Made by a program: the position numbers and the translations under genes | Notes under the pieces: model-generated | Seen by the model: only the letters and a program-made list of their open reading frames with translations | Told to the model about the DNA's origin: nothing | Databases searched by the model: none | Shown: positions 1 to 13,479 of the stretch, piece by piece | How positions within the stretch are numbered: position 1 is the first letter of the stretch | Layout of the letters: the number at the start of each line of letters is the position of its first letter | Source: Camelus dromedarius | Taxonomy: Eukaryota | Length of the DNA stretch: 64,000 bases | Reading direction: 5' to 3' | NCBI RefSeq assembly: GCF_036321535.1 | Contig: NC_087436.1 | Span: 21,206,001 to 21,270,000 of the forward strand

Positions 1-2823
1 TCCACTCATCCATTAAAAGAACAATGTAAGAACTGTTGGTAAAAGTGTAATTTTCATCAATGATATTCAAATCTGTGCTTGGCAATATATACTACAATAA
101 AGTTATCTGTGATTAAAAAGGTGGGGGGAAAGGGGCTGGTATAGCACATGAATTAAGAGGCCAAATGACCCAAATTCAAGTCTAACTTCACTGCTAAGAC
201 CTTTAGGCACCTGTGGAACTTAAAGCTCATCACAAAAATCTCAGGTCTCCACAAGTAAAAAAACGACAAAGCCATCTACCTAGCCTACTTTACAAAATGG
301 TACTGGGATAGATACCATGAAAAATCAAATACATCTTTAAAAAGTAAGATGTGCTTTCCAACAGCAGTCATTATTTCTTTCATAGTTAAAAAAAAAAAAA
401 GGTTTGGATTTCAGGACTCTTGAAGTCCTATGATTACTGGTATATAGTGTACCTACCTATCAGTCTTGTCAATAGTGAGAGATGAGGATGAATGAAAGAC
501 AGGCCCCATCCACAATGTCAAAAAGATCACAGTAATAAACAAAAAATGAGATTGCTCCCCTGACCTATCAGCACCACAAGCAAAAAGGAAAAATTAACTT
601 CATACATAGAAAAGCTAGCTAATATTTCTAGGAAAATGGGCTTTGTCAGAAAATAAAAGATTTTGGAAAAATCCACCTTAAATTCTACTTTCAAACAAGA
701 AAAGGGCATTAAAATTTTTTTCAACCATGAAACAGACTGTCAGATATATTACATATGCGTGCTCAAATCTAGTTTTTAACCAGGGAACCTCAATGATTTC
801 TGAATTCAGTTAAAAGAGAACAGACTAAAGTAAGGTACGTTTCTTTGAAAAGAACAAAGTCACACTATAATGTGAAGAAAAAAACCAGAATCTAGTCAGT
901 GAAAAGATTGATAAAAAGTAAAAGTACCGATATTCCTCTACCGAGAAGGTAAAACTAACTCATTCGTCAATAAATGAAATTGTCAGACATCTTTTTTTAA
1001 GAATATGACAGGGCAAAATATGTGGGAAAAGGGTCAGCTTCAGAGCCAGACCTGGGTTCTATTACAGGTTCTGCTTACCAGAAGACTCAATTTCCTCATC
1101 TGGCAAAACAAAACAAAACAAAACACCACTAACTTCATTTGTTACTTGTTATAACCTGACTATTCATAATTAAACTTTAATTCCACTTCAACTTGAAAAT
1201 GGCACCTGAAAACCAAAATACTTAATTTAGACTTTAAATTATTCTGCTTTCTGGTATTTCTGTAACACCTCTAATGAAACTTTGGTTACTTCAAAATTTG
1301 AGTAACAGCCCCTTTTGAGAAGCTGAGGAAAACTACGGACAGAAATTTGCAGAGAATTGCGTATTAACATACAATTGCGTATTAACATACAATTGCTTTC
1401 AGCGTCAGATTTTCAAACCCACTTAAACCAGGAAGCAGGAATCCAAGTTAACCATAGTAATGGAAAGAACCATTTAAAACCTTAAGGAAAAGAAAATAGG
1501 CAAAAGTAGATGTGAATCGGAAACAAATCTCGTCACTGAAAACGACAGAATATCAGATGTCTTATTCTATCAAAACCTACCCTCTCCTGAAAGTTCTCAC
1601 AAAAACTAGTAACATGTTACTTCACCCTAAGTTAGACCGTTGGTACCCAAATAAAACTATTATACGCCGAATGCTTCAACGGGAAACTGCGCTACCATTT
1701 CCTTACTGTGTTAATTCTGCATCAACGTTCATTTTTAGAGCAGTACTACCTTCACTCAGTCTATCCAAGGATGGAAAAATCCCAGAAATCTTTGGACTTC
1801 GACTATAAAATATCTTAAAACAGATCGAAGGCCAAGAATAAAATCTGGAAGGAGCAAGCAATCACTTTGTTCCCAGACATCGCAAAGCCTTCCTTGGAGC
1901 GCACCCAAGAGACCCGCCTGGCAGTTCCCCAATCTTTCCACCCTCGCAGGACTGTCACCACCCCCTGGCCGGCTAACCCCAGCCCAGTAGGCAAGCAGGC
2001 TCGGCAGCGAGCGGTACCAATTTTCAAAATAAGGCCAAGGCCCTCAAAGAGGAATTGAGCTGGTCTGAAAACCAACCAACCGTCCCTGACTCACTAATTC
2101 ATTCATCCACCCATCCGTGGTCCCCCCCACCCCCCGCCCCCAATTAGATGGTGGTTCAAGACAGCTGCGGCTGCCTTGGTCGCTTCCCTCCCCGTGGAAC
2201 AGTGCCTGGGAGGAGCCTCCTCTCCCTTCACAGGAGCAGCTGCGCCCTGCTTATCCCCACGGCGCCCCGGGCCATCCAGCTCTCGGCATTGTTTCTGCCC
2301 AGAACAGATACCGCCCCCGCAAGGACCGGGATGAAGAAAAGGAGGCCCAAGTACTCGGATGCGCTGCTTTTAAATGCCTTCCCTACCCCGCCGGTCTACC
2401 CTCGTTCCTAGGGGGACATCTCCCTCGCCCTTCCCCCAAGTTGAGTGGAAACTAAAAGCCAGATTCAGAGATGGGCGAGAGAATGATGGGAGCCTAGCTA
2501 GGGAAAAAAGGGGGGGGGTACACGTCTCTCGGCCTAAGTAATCAAGAACGTATGTCTAATAAGAGCGTTCGAGGATCTGGCAAGGTTCGCTGAAGAGACA
2601 AACATGTAAGTGGGAAGTGCCAGAGATCCAACTGAATCCACCTGGATAGGTGAAGCACAAGGGCGCGGGGCTGAGAGCATCATTTCGGATCCCGAGGGTC
2701 TGAGGCCGAGCTTTGGTGCAGAGGGGTGAAGTTCGGCTCTGCGTCTGTTCACGACCATAGGGGCCAGGGAACCAGTTCCTCCTCCCCATCCCGCCCTCTC
2801 CCCACGCCACAAGCCGCCCTCAC

Positions 2824-3000
2824 CTCCATCTCGGAGTCCGCGGGGCCGGCGCCGGCCGCAGAGGGAGCCGCCTGGGCCGCGACGCCCTCGGCGCTGCCTT
2901 TGTTGCTGTTGCTGCTCCCGCTGCAGGCGGCCGAGGCAGCGGGCTTGGAAGGCGCGCTCTCAGGAGGCGGGGGTGGCGGAGGGTCGGCGGCGGACGACAT
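2824..3000 (-). CDS. SMARCA5: SMARCA5 (SNF2H, ISWI remodeller ATPase) coding exon 1; the rest of the gene lies left of the window
   Basis: Translates to [22 protein letters not shown]...GPADSEME (59 aa), matching the recalled SMARCA5 N-terminus. A phase-0 donor GAG|gtgagg follows at 2823. It lies next to GAB1, as in other mammals. Confidence 0.96.
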
Positions 3001-3456
3001 GATGTTCCGTCTGCGTCACCCGCTGCTGCCAGAGGCCGGGCCGGCAGGGGTGAGGAGGAAGCCTAGGCCTGGGTGGCTACGTCGCAATGAGCAGATGGAG
3101 GAGCGAGAGGACCACCCGAATGCCCCCTGCGCCGCCGCTCGGCGACGAGCCGGAGCCAGGCCCAGCAGCCTCCCCCTCTCGTCCTCGGCCCCCTCTTCCA
3201 CCGGGCTCCGGGTTCGACCAGCGCTTTACCTCACGGCGGGAATCACGTCGACGAGAGTGGGCGGGGCCACCCGGGTCACAGAGGTCAGGGAAGGCGGGCT
3301 GATTTACAGGAGGGCGGAGGGTTAGGGGGAAACGAAAGGAAAGCGAAGAAGGGGCCGAGTCCGGGAACTGGCTTCGCGGCCTCGCCTTCTTCCTCTGGCA
3401 GATACCATCTATCTCGCCCGCATCCAGGTCTACTACCTACGCCACCGACTTTCAAC

Positions 3457-3466
3457 ACTCGCGAGA
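3457..3466. promoter_or_regulatory. CGCG-element / BANP-type motif
   Basis: ACTCGCGAGA, a 9/10 match to TCTCGCGAGA, inside the CpG island. Confidence 0.5.
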
Positions 3467-3497
3467 TTGATAGTTGGCCAAATGACTGGGTACCAAG

Positions 3498-3509
3498 TGC
3501 GCATGCGCA
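3498..3509. promoter_or_regulatory. NRF1 palindromic site
   Basis: Perfect TGCGCATGCGCA, about 500 bp upstream of the SMARCA5 ATG. Confidence 0.75.
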
Positions 3510-3528
3510 TTCCCCTCTCACTGCCCTT

Positions 3529-3583
3529 GGCCACGCCCCCTCCGGGGTCCCCAGCGGGCTTTAGGGCGAGGAGTGGGCGGGGC
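3529..3583. promoter_or_regulatory. SP/KLF GC boxes
   Basis: GGCCACGCCCCC (3529-3540) and GGGCGGGGC (about 3575-3583). Confidence 0.6.
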
Positions 3584-5559
3584 CTCGAGGGAGAACTCTT
3601 AGACGTAGGCTTGTGCGTCGGCTCCCGGGCGTGATGCGAGAGCCGTGCTCCAGGCGTTCTTAACGGCTTGCAGTCCTCGACCGCCGCGTCTTATTGGCAT
3701 GGCAGCGATCGGCGGCGTTCCTTAGAAACTTGCCCGGGTTTTGCGCCGCCTACTGCAGCATGGAGGCCTGTGCAGGCCTTAACACTTTTACCGCCTCCGC
3801 TGATAGGCGTGACGCCACGGTGTTGACGTCTCCCTGTTTTGTTGTCTAAGGAAAAGTGCCCGTTAGTGTGATTTTTTTTTTTGTCAACATCGCATGTTAG
3901 TTACATCAATCATTTCTAAATGTTTTCTCTTCGGTTCAGAATTACATGATATTTCCTCTGAATTTACATGCTGAAAGTAAGCAAACAGTTCCCAACACCG
4001 TGTAAGTGAAACATGAGCAATTAATAGATAAGAAAGAGAGGCGATGTGTTATCTTTTCCTCAACCACCAAATAAATAAATTTAAAATTGTACATTATTCT
4101 TTTATCGGTAAGAAATGTTACAGGTAATCACTACTGGTTTGTACACTTCCTTACGCTCTCTTCAACACAGCCTGAGGGTCTCGTGCATCATCTACTACTG
4201 AGTTTAAGCACATTGTGTTCTATTCGATATCAAATCTGCCTACCGCAGTAAATTGCTATCTGCCCTGCACAGGCTTTTATTCATATTTGTATCCCCATGT
4301 CCAGCTTTCTATCAATATGTACTGAATAAAGGCGACACTTCGCAAGAGTTAAGGTTTGTGCAAACTCTGGATTTTGCTGAATTTCAAACAGAAGGGATCG
4401 CCTTTGAATACATAGCCCGCAGACTTTTAACCAATTGAGTAATAATTCTTTGAGAGCTGGAAAAATGACCCCTAGCCCATTAGAAATACTATTTCTGAGG
4501 CTACAAGGAACCGCCTATGGATACATGAAAAGTACCTAAAGGATGTTCATCATGTTCTTCACGTGTAATTACAAAAAACTAGCAACAGATTAAGAGTCCA
4601 ACATTGAAAATATGATTTTAAAACTATCGTACACCCAAAAAAAGAATTCATCGACCTTTAACAACCATTAATGTAGAATAATGTTTATTATATAGTGTTA
4701 ACTGAAAAAAATTTTTAACAGTTCAAAAATACAGATAAAACTTTGGAAAGATAGTCCTGAAAGTATTGAAAGTGATTGTTGTTGGTGTATATTTCTTAAT
4801 TCTTTTTTGTTTGTATTTTTTATTTTTCTAAAATGAACCTGGGTATTATCATATTGAGAAAACAATGTTAAAAAAATTATGTCCCCGAAAAAGCTTGTGT
4901 GGAAGGATAAAAGGTACTATCTAGGGTGGTTGCTGACATATAGACACTCAGTAAATACTTATTAATAAATATTTATTCAATATTGACATTGTTAAGTAGA
5001 AAAAATATAACATTTATGTAATATTCAGAACATTTCTTCACTCTATAATGATAGGTAAATAACTTTGGTTCTGGTTTGGAAACCCTAAAAATATACTGAA
5101 TATATAAATGGATGAATCTTAAGTCTGATAATAGTTTAAAGAAAACAATAAGTAGCAAGAAAAACAATAAATAAAATTGCCTCCAAAATGGCAACTGTCT
5201 TTTTTAACATATGCACTTACACTGTGAGTGAGTCTGTCTTATGAGCATATGAAAGCTGTATGAGAATCTTGTAGGGAAAATTTTAGAGGAAAGGAGGGAA
5301 AGGAAACAGAATGTCTGAATCCACTAATCTAACAACAGGGACAGAGAAACAGATTTTGAGCAAGATCTAGAAGCGGAGAGGAAGAGGACAGACAAGCTAC
5401 AGAAAAGACAGGAAGCCTGGAAACTGAGCTGTGGGGACATTAGCTGAGTTAGGCAGAGAGCAGTGCTTATATGATGGCCAAATGACAAAGGCCTATTCTT
5501 CAAATACAGGCTACAACGAACAGCTAGTTCTGGAATTGATGGCATAATATAGGATTAAT

Positions 5560-5810
5560 GTAGCGGTAAGAGAGTAAGCTGGACAGTCAGGCAAGCCTAG
5601 TGCAGGCTCAAGAACTTAGTAATTGTGTGAATGCAGGCAAGTTATCTAACTTCTTTGAAATCAGTTTTCTCATCTTTCTGTTATTATCCCAATTTTATAT
5701 TTGGATAATATTCTTATAATGATGTCATAAGAATTAAATGAGATAGCACATGTAGGGTGTTTAATACAGTGCCTAACATATAGTGAGCACTGCGTTCAAG
5801 TGTTAGGTAT
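5560..5810 (+). mobile_element. MIR SINE, degenerate
   Basis: MIR core-like text (ggcaagttatctaacttctttgaaatcagttttctcatc ... gtgcctaacatatagtgagcactgc). Confidence 0.7.
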
Positions 5811-6149
5811 TCTAATCCTGAAGAACATGAACCTAAGGGTCAGAGCCTCATTGAAGAAAGGGCAATCTAATGGCTTTTTAATAAGGAGGAGGATAAGGGG
5901 AACAGTGTCAAGAACACACTGGAAGGAATTACCACTTTAACCATGTTCCCAGATACAGAACGCTACAATGTAAAACCACGTTAGTGTTAGGTCTCAAATA
6001 TGCCAATACATATTGTTTATACCTAACATTCTCTCTGTTGGATTTAGTGTGCTAGAACAGTACGTGCTATGCTGAATAGAGTGGACAAAGAGACGCTGCC
6101 AGAGGACAAAAGATACCAGAGACAGGACTCTCTCAACATTCTGGCCTTG

Positions 6150-6620
6150 AATGGGGGAAGAGAGTGTGAAAGGCTAAACTGGGAGTTCGAAATTTGCAGA
6201 TACTATATATAAAATGGATAAACAACAAGTTTATACTGTATAGCACAGGGAACTATATTTAATATCTTGTAGTAACTTATGGTGACAATATGAAAACAAA
6301 TATATGCATGTTCATGTATGGCTGAAGCATTATGCTGTACACCAGAAATTGACACAACATTGTAAACTGGCTGTACTTCAATTAAAAATATATACATACA
6401 AAAAAATGAAGAGACATTTCACTGAAGAAGTTATACAGAAGGCAAATTAGCACATCAAAAGATGTTCAAAAGCATTAGTCCTTAGAGAAATGCAGGTTAA
6501 AACTATAATGAGATATCATTTCATACCTAACAGAATGGCTTAAATAAAAAATAATGACAACACTGAATGCCTGTGAAGATACAGAGAAAACGAATCACCC
6601 ACACATTGCTGGTGGTTATG
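6150..6620 (+). mobile_element. L1 3'UTR fragment (about 6150-6408) followed by an older L1 ORF2 3' fragment
   Basis: tactgtatagcacagggaactat...ttgacacaacattgtaaa resembles the L1 3'UTR at 18400-18570. It has an A-rich end and is followed by gaaatgcaggttaaaactataatgagatatca. Confidence 0.8.
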
Positions 6621-8954
6621 TGGTGCAGAGGAGTTTGTAGATCAAAAATCCTGAGAATGGCTGATTTAGGAAAAAACTATTTTCCTTGAAAAACAAAAGC
6701 ATGTGCAGAGTAGTTGTATCTCTGAAACTATTGCTCCAAAATATATGGTCATAATCATTCGTATTAATAGTAACTTTTAACCAAAATAGCCTTTATTTCA
6801 CAAAAAAACTATAGGGTAAATAATTGTGAATTTTATGATATACATTGACTTTTTAGCAGACAAGCAAAGCTTATGAATACATGTAACACAACATTCTACA
6901 GCCATCCACATCCTTTATAAGGCTTCTCAAAGTGGCAAAAATAAGCACATTCATTAACAGATCCAAAGAAATAGCCTCTTTTTTGCATTTAAAATATAAA
7001 ACAAAAGCATATAAACTGAAAATTACGCTTAGTAACCAATGTTTCATTGTCATATCTTGGAAATGATTTAGGCATCTGATAAATACCTGAGAATTAATAT
7101 AAGTCTTAGGTTTTAAGTTACCTAAATATAGTCTTCAATCTAACAAACTATAAAATGTAACTACTATTGGAAATCAGAATAATAACTCAATTTGGTTAAA
7201 CACAAAGTTTTACAATCTTAAAAATTAAATGGAGTTTATACTAGCTTATTTGATCAATAAGCCAGTATACATTTAGGAAGAACATTCCCAACTAGAATAA
7301 AACATAGGCTGGCATTATACTTAACACTGGTAAGTCGGGGCCACTAGTTATGAGAACAGTAACCTAGGTCTACCTTTTGAGCAAGAGCCAGGATGAGAGT
7401 GGTGGATGCAAAACACTGGCATCTCTAGCACAAATGTCTACAGTCTATTTATTGCAACAGAAAATAAAACTTTTTATAGAAAAATCTATAAATGTTCCCA
7501 TTCAAGCACCACAATCCTTTTAATTTTCAATCATACTTTAAATTTCATCAAAGGTGTCAAGTCTAAGCTCAGTGGCATTGGAAATACATTCAGCTAAATT
7601 GTACTTGAAGTATATTTTTGTGAGAGCTGGAGGTTAATTTCACCCATTTGAAAATTAGACTCTTACTTTTTAAGGTATGCAGTTATTTTTCTATAATAAC
7701 TCATCATGAAAGAAGATAGGAACTTAGTATCTTATAAATTCTAAAAAAATTCTTTTCAGTTTTTGGCTTCTCTCCAGATAGACGCTCCTCGCCAAGTGTT
7801 GAATTTATCTTCTGTCTAGATTAAATGCCCCAGAGGGCACGTAAGGGGGGATATCCTGTGACTCTGCTACTGGTCAGGAGACCTACTGAGTTGCATTCTT
7901 AAAATAGCACAACTTTTGTGTTTGTCCTAGGAAGATGGGCCACTTCAGATCTAGCTAGTGGAAGGAAGTGGACATTTTCTAAGTCTCACATTCAGACATA
8001 AAAGCGAAGGACGGAAGTCAAAGGAGGCTTCCACTTACTTACTATTTTGTAAGGGAACCCATGAATTAAAACACAGGAACCTGGACAATGAGAACTTTGT
8101 AAGACTTTGTAACCTTTGTAAGTCATTCCTGCTTGTCATTTTTGTTGCTCCTTAAAAATCTTAATTCTTTTACCATTGAATTTTTTTCTTCTACAATTCT
8201 TTCAGTACTTTGAATTGATGAACCATGATATTTGGAAAAAGACTAAATCTTAATTCTAGACTTACAGTTAAACTCTCCATGAAGTAGTTATTTTCACAGA
8301 AAGTTATAGTTAAATTCTCCATGAAGTAGTTGTTTTTCATGACACTGTCATTTCCTTTATGAAACTGGTAATTCTTATGCAACTTTGAGTCCCACTCAGA
8401 ACTTTAAGGTGGAAATTGTGATTGTAATTGTATCTTCCAGCTGGTTTGCATTTTATTTACACATTGTGTTCATGTCCTCACAGAAGAAAACACCAAGACG
8501 GGATCAGACTGCAAGAGACACATTTAGGGGAAACGCCTATTAAGAATAAAGCAAGGAAGCCAGCCAGAGCAGGCAGGGAGTACTTTCAGAGATGCAGGGC
8601 TAACACAGGTAAAAAGGGGAAAGATGGGGGCTGCAGAGGGAAAATTTCAGCTCTCAGCACAGCTCTAAGGAAATTGTAGCCAGGCTGAAAAGGAGCCCTC
8701 AAGCCATAGCCTCCTGTTAGATGAGTGCCATGTCCCATGGGAACATTCCTGTCCTGGTACCACTGCCTGCTGGGACAGCCTAGAAGTGTGTCCCGAGCAG
8801 AACACGGGGTGAGTTGTTTTGACTTTTTGGAGACAGGTGGGTAATAAAGGTGGGATGGTGAGGGGCAGCTGGAGAGGTGGGTCCAGAGGGACAGCAGCTG
8901 AGGCTACAGGAACCTGACAATACGTAGAGCTGAGTGTCTGAGCATCAGTTTCAT

Positions 8955-9490
8955 GGTGGAGACTGGAATATGCCACTCCAAAATATACTACTTTGGTGGG
9001 TATTATTTTGAACTGGAGGCAAATGAGAATCAACAGATGCAGAAAGAAGCCTTCCTGGAGCGTCTCTGATTTGATTAAAAACAGAAACTCTGAAATCTGA
9101 GGAGTGCCATCCCCTCTCCCATGGAGTGTTCACAGCTATGAGGAAGACAGAAAGTCAGCACTCTGGTGGACCTGCACAAACATTACTCCGCTCGTTTCCC
9201 CCATTTATTTACCTTCCCACAGCCTGCAGCCCTTGAAAGCCTAAAACCTTTGCCTTTCTCTTGTTGCTTTTCTACAAATGTATTGTTCTTCTGTTAAGAT
9301 GCTATAGAAGCCCAATTTCTAACCACTGCTTTGAATTACTCTTCACTAAGGTCTCTCCTCCATTATGTGTGCTACACGTTAATAAATTATTTGGTTTTCT
9401 CTTGCTAATCTTTTGTCAGTCTAATTTTACAGGACCCTAGCCAGAGAACCTAGGAAGGTAGAAGGAAAAAAATTTTTTTTCTTCCCTACA
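8955..9490 (+). mobile_element. Solo LTR, ERV1 class (MER34/MER4-group-like)
   Basis: Begins tggtggagactggaatatgccactccaaaatat, has an internal AATAAA, and ends ...cttccctaCA. Confidence 0.6.
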
Positions 9491-9999
9491 ATTGCCACAA
9501 ACATATATGACATGTTTTGGAAAGAGAAAGATGTACATTTAATAAATCTGTCTTGTAATTTAAATTCACTAATTTCAAATGATTTTAAACACACACATAT
9601 GTATACACACACTACACAATCTTCAAGGTGGAAAATAAAACATAAACTTATTATTGAACCCTTAGTTTGGACTTACAAAGATCCCAGGTACTGGGTATAA
9701 AATAAAATTTAAATAAAAGAAAACTTGGACTTTGGTGATGATTAACGTTTATTTGTCAGTTCCATATATTGGGCCAAATACTGGCCCGGGTGTTTTACAT
9801 GTGTTAACATATTTGGCCCTCACATTATCTCTTGTGAAATGGGTAATAATTGTCCCCCTTTTTGCAGAAAGAGACGCAGACACAGAGGTAGTCTGCCCAG
9901 CACTGTGCAGCCAATGTGTGATACGGCAGATTCATCAGACCAAATTGCACAAGAATCAAAGATGAAACCTGTAGTTCAAGGCTGATAGCTTATTATCAG

Positions 10000-10370
10000 T
10001 GTGGAAATAAATGAAGACCACCCAAATGAGAGCAAACAGAGGCTGTTTATTCAGAGCTTACTGTACTGAGGGAGTTGGCCGCCATCACTTGCTCTAGGCA
10101 AACTGGGAAGTGGTATGCTCTGATTAGAGAGTGCTGGGTGGAAGAACTAGAGGTAGACTAACTAGAAGCAGGCCCTCTTTTATACAGGATTGGTTTGAGG
10201 AGCACCTTTGGCTTTCTCTGGTTGGTCCTGAATTGGAGGCAAAAAATAGAGAAGTTGGTAGTCATTGACGAAGTCCTGCCCGTTCTGGGCAGACTGCCAT
10301 AGAGGTTGTGGTTTAGCGTCCCAGGCTGGTTGCTACAGAGGTTGTGGGTCAGAGTCCCACTGTCACACAT
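10000..10370. mobile_element. LTR fragment, MER21-like
   Basis: gcaaacagaggctgtttattcagagct ... ggttgtgggtcagagt resembles the recalled MER21 consensus. Confidence 0.5.
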
Positions 10371-11889
10371 GATCAGGTTGTATATTCAATTTCTCAAGAG
10401 GAGAATGAAGTCACCCAGTTTATCTTAGTTCTGCTAATAATTGTTTGCTTCTATAAGGATAACGCTAATAAAATGCTATTTAGGTTAGCTCACAATATAT
10501 GCATGCAAGGAGGGTGAATGCAGCAATAGTTAAATGAGCAGTACACACAGGATATACATACACACGTATATAAATACAATTGTGAAAGAGGGTTAATTCT
10601 AAGAAAACCCCAAAGTTTAGTACCCCCATTAGTTCTTATATTATTCTTACCTGAGAAAGTCTATTTTAAAATGTGAGATTATGACAGACTAAGAATTGTT
10701 CTTTAACAACCATTCTCTAAGCGCTTTCATGCTTAGCTGGACACAAGACCATGCTGAGTAAATATGGTATTTCCCATCCTCCCTTGCTGCCGGTGTGGCC
10801 ACGTAAATGAAGGATGAGTGCAATTTACATGAGGGAGGAATGAACTTCTATTTTCTGCAAGCCACTGTTATTTCAAGCCCCTGCTACACACCACTAAACC
10901 AAATCCAATAATACACTGTTTAATTTTTCTCCTGTGTATAATTCTGGGCTTGAGAATGTGATTTTGTTTTGAAACTAATTGAGATCAAGGGGAAAAAAGT
11001 TAGAGACAGAGACTCAAAAATGGTTTTCTACGTGGACCAGGTGCCCTTCAATGAAAAACAAAAGGATATCACCAAGACACAAAATTGGTACTTCCCAAGT
11101 GTCCAAAAATCAGTTTCTTCTTAAAATTTCTGCTCTCAACGTAAATGTGTACATGTTACCTGTCTAGAAAAAGGTAAATTGTGGCTAAAGTGTATATTCA
11201 CAATTAATACTTTCATCCATTCCCACAGTGAGCCAGAGTTCTTAAGTATACTGAAATAAAGTTTTATTAAGGCATCAGTGTATCAAAATATTAAACTCTG
11301 TGCTTTCTATTTCATACATGATTTTGCTTAAATAAGGATTACTTTCCTATGCTAAGATTAGTAGTAGCCAAGCACATGCCTGGGAACCACCAATTTTTCA
11401 AGTCTTGGAGGAGATAAGAAAAATAATAATGGCTTATATTAGGTGGTGAGCTTGCCCTGTGTCTGTGGCTTCTGCGGTTTTACATATGGGAAGAAAGGGG
11501 CGTTGGAATGTGGGACTTTCCCATGCCACTTCTCCTGTGAAAGTCGGGAGGATGTTAAATGACTAGTATTAAAGAGGAAAACCTCTTTTCAGTTCCGCAG
11601 CAAGGTATTAGGGCCTCTGTTACCAGGAACCTGGCAGAGGAATGGGTCTCTGGAGCAAATTTATGCCGCCATCCTGGGAAGCAGAGCTGTAAGCAGACTG
11701 CAGGGCCCAGGCCCCAGCTCCACACCATGTAATTAGAAAGAACCCGTGAAACAGAAGCTGTGTTCCCAGCTCTTTGATTAGGGAAAAATTCCAGCTTGGG
11801 AATGGGAAGAGGGAAGATACAGGCTCAGAAGAGTGATTCTCAAAGCCCAGCACATCTCCAGGGGCATGTCAGGTCGGCTCCTAGGCAGG

Positions 11890-13110
11890 TATCAAGAAAG
11901 GGACTAAATATTCCAATTAGAGAAAAAGATCGTCAGACTGGACAAAACAACAAAGCTAGTCTATATGCCACTTACAAGGGACACACCTTAAATATAAGAA
12001 TACTCGAAGGTTCAAAGTAGAGATAGAAAAAGGCAGTTCTTGCAAATACTAACCAGAAGAAAACCAGTAGAGTTACAATAAATGAAGCATCACTCGGAGT
12101 AAAAAGGGACACTTCGTAACAATAAAAGGGCCAGTTTATCAGGAAAACATAAAAGTTATAAATTCGTATGCATCAAATGACAAAGCCCAAAAATACATAG
12201 AGCAAAAATTTACAGAGTTATAAGAAGAACTAGAGAAATCTACAATCAAGTGGGAAATTTCATACTCCTTTCTTAGCAACTGGTACAAGCAGCTAAAAAG
12301 TATCAGTATGGATAGATATGAGATTGATGTGTTAATAAGCTTGACCTAATTAACACATGTAGAAAATTGCACCTACTAACAGCAGATACGTATTCTTTTC
12401 AAGAACGCGTGGAATGTTTGGCAAAGTTGAGAATGTGCTGAGTCATAAAGCATTAACAAATTTTGAATACTCCAAATCAGAGTATTTTCTCTGACCTTAG
12501 GGGAGTTGAGCTAGAAATCAGTAACTGAAAAATCACTGTAAATCTCTCATGTTTGGAAATTAATCAACATAATTCTGAAAAGATCAAAACAGAAATTAGA
12601 AAGTATTTTGAATGAAATGATCATAAAAATATGCCATTCCAAAATTGTAGGACATAGCTAAAGCCAAAATCAATAATCTAAATATTTATTTATATAAATC
12701 ACAAAAAGAACAACAAATTAAATTCAAACTAAAAGGAAGGATATTATGAAAGTAATAGAAATTAATGAAAGAGAAAAGAGATGTACAGTAAATACCAGCA
12801 ATGCCAGAAGTTCATTATTTGAAAAGACTGAGAAAAAAAATTGAACCTGGGACCTTTCACATGCCAAGCTCACTCTCTACCACTGAGTTATACCCAACCC
12901 TCCAAAAAACTAAGACAATTGGTAAATGCCTGGAAAGGCTAATTAAGAAAAGAGAAAGCATGATAAAATATCAGGGATGGAAAAAAAGCATCCCGACAGA
13001 GCCACCTGGCATTTAAAAGATAATAAAAGCATATTATGAATATTTTGCCAATAATCTGAAAATTTCATTTGAAATGGACAAATCTCTAGAAAACTATGAA
13101 ATTCAAAACT
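11890..13110 (+). mobile_element. Old L1 ORF2 endonuclease-region fragment, degraded
   Basis: A-rich strand with residual peptide KGLNIPI... and many stops and frameshifts. It is interrupted by a SINE piece. Confidence 0.8.
12836..12900 (-). mobile_element. Partial tRNA-derived SINE (Vic-1-like)
   Basis: ttgaacctgggacctttcacatgccaagc...ctctaccactgagttatac, the reverse of the SINE at 61288. Confidence 0.7.
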
Positions 13111-13479
13111 GACGAAAGGAGACACAGAAGTAAATTTTGTATAGTTTTATATCTATATGAACTATCCCTGCTTCTACCAAAATCTTCTTGGGCTCCGAAT
13201 TCCGTCTGTAGCCATTTCAAGGAGTTCACCCCTACAGTTAGTCCTCCTTGTCCCTGTATCACAGATTTTTTTTTCCTTCTCTACTCTCTACTAGATCTTT
13301 GCCACCAGTATGTAAACATGAGCTAGTGTCTAATACTCTTAAAAAAAAAAGGCAGAACCCCCCCCATTTTTTATGTCATATCTTCCTTAATATTTTTTTT
13401 TTATCTTTTCATAGAACGTCTTCTCAAAGGGGCCGTTACACTGTTGTCTCTGTTTCTGCACCATCTAGACCACCCTAAT

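Larger units (their letters stand above)
2100..3830. promoter_or_regulatory. CpG island covering the SMARCA5 promoter, 5'UTR and exon 1
   Basis: GC-rich and CpG-dense compared with the AT-rich flanks, and it surrounds the start codon. Confidence 0.9.

Noticed and set aside
3016..3201. Upstream ORF in the SMARCA5 5'UTR, in frame with the main ATG
   Set aside because: It starts at GTG, not ATG, and stops 15 nt before the ATG. There is no evidence of translation from sequence alone.
2726..3325. 199-aa plus-strand ORF antisense to SMARCA5 exon 1
   Set aside because: GTG start, stop-poor GC-rich sequence, and a low-complexity mirror of the real exon. No recognisable domain.
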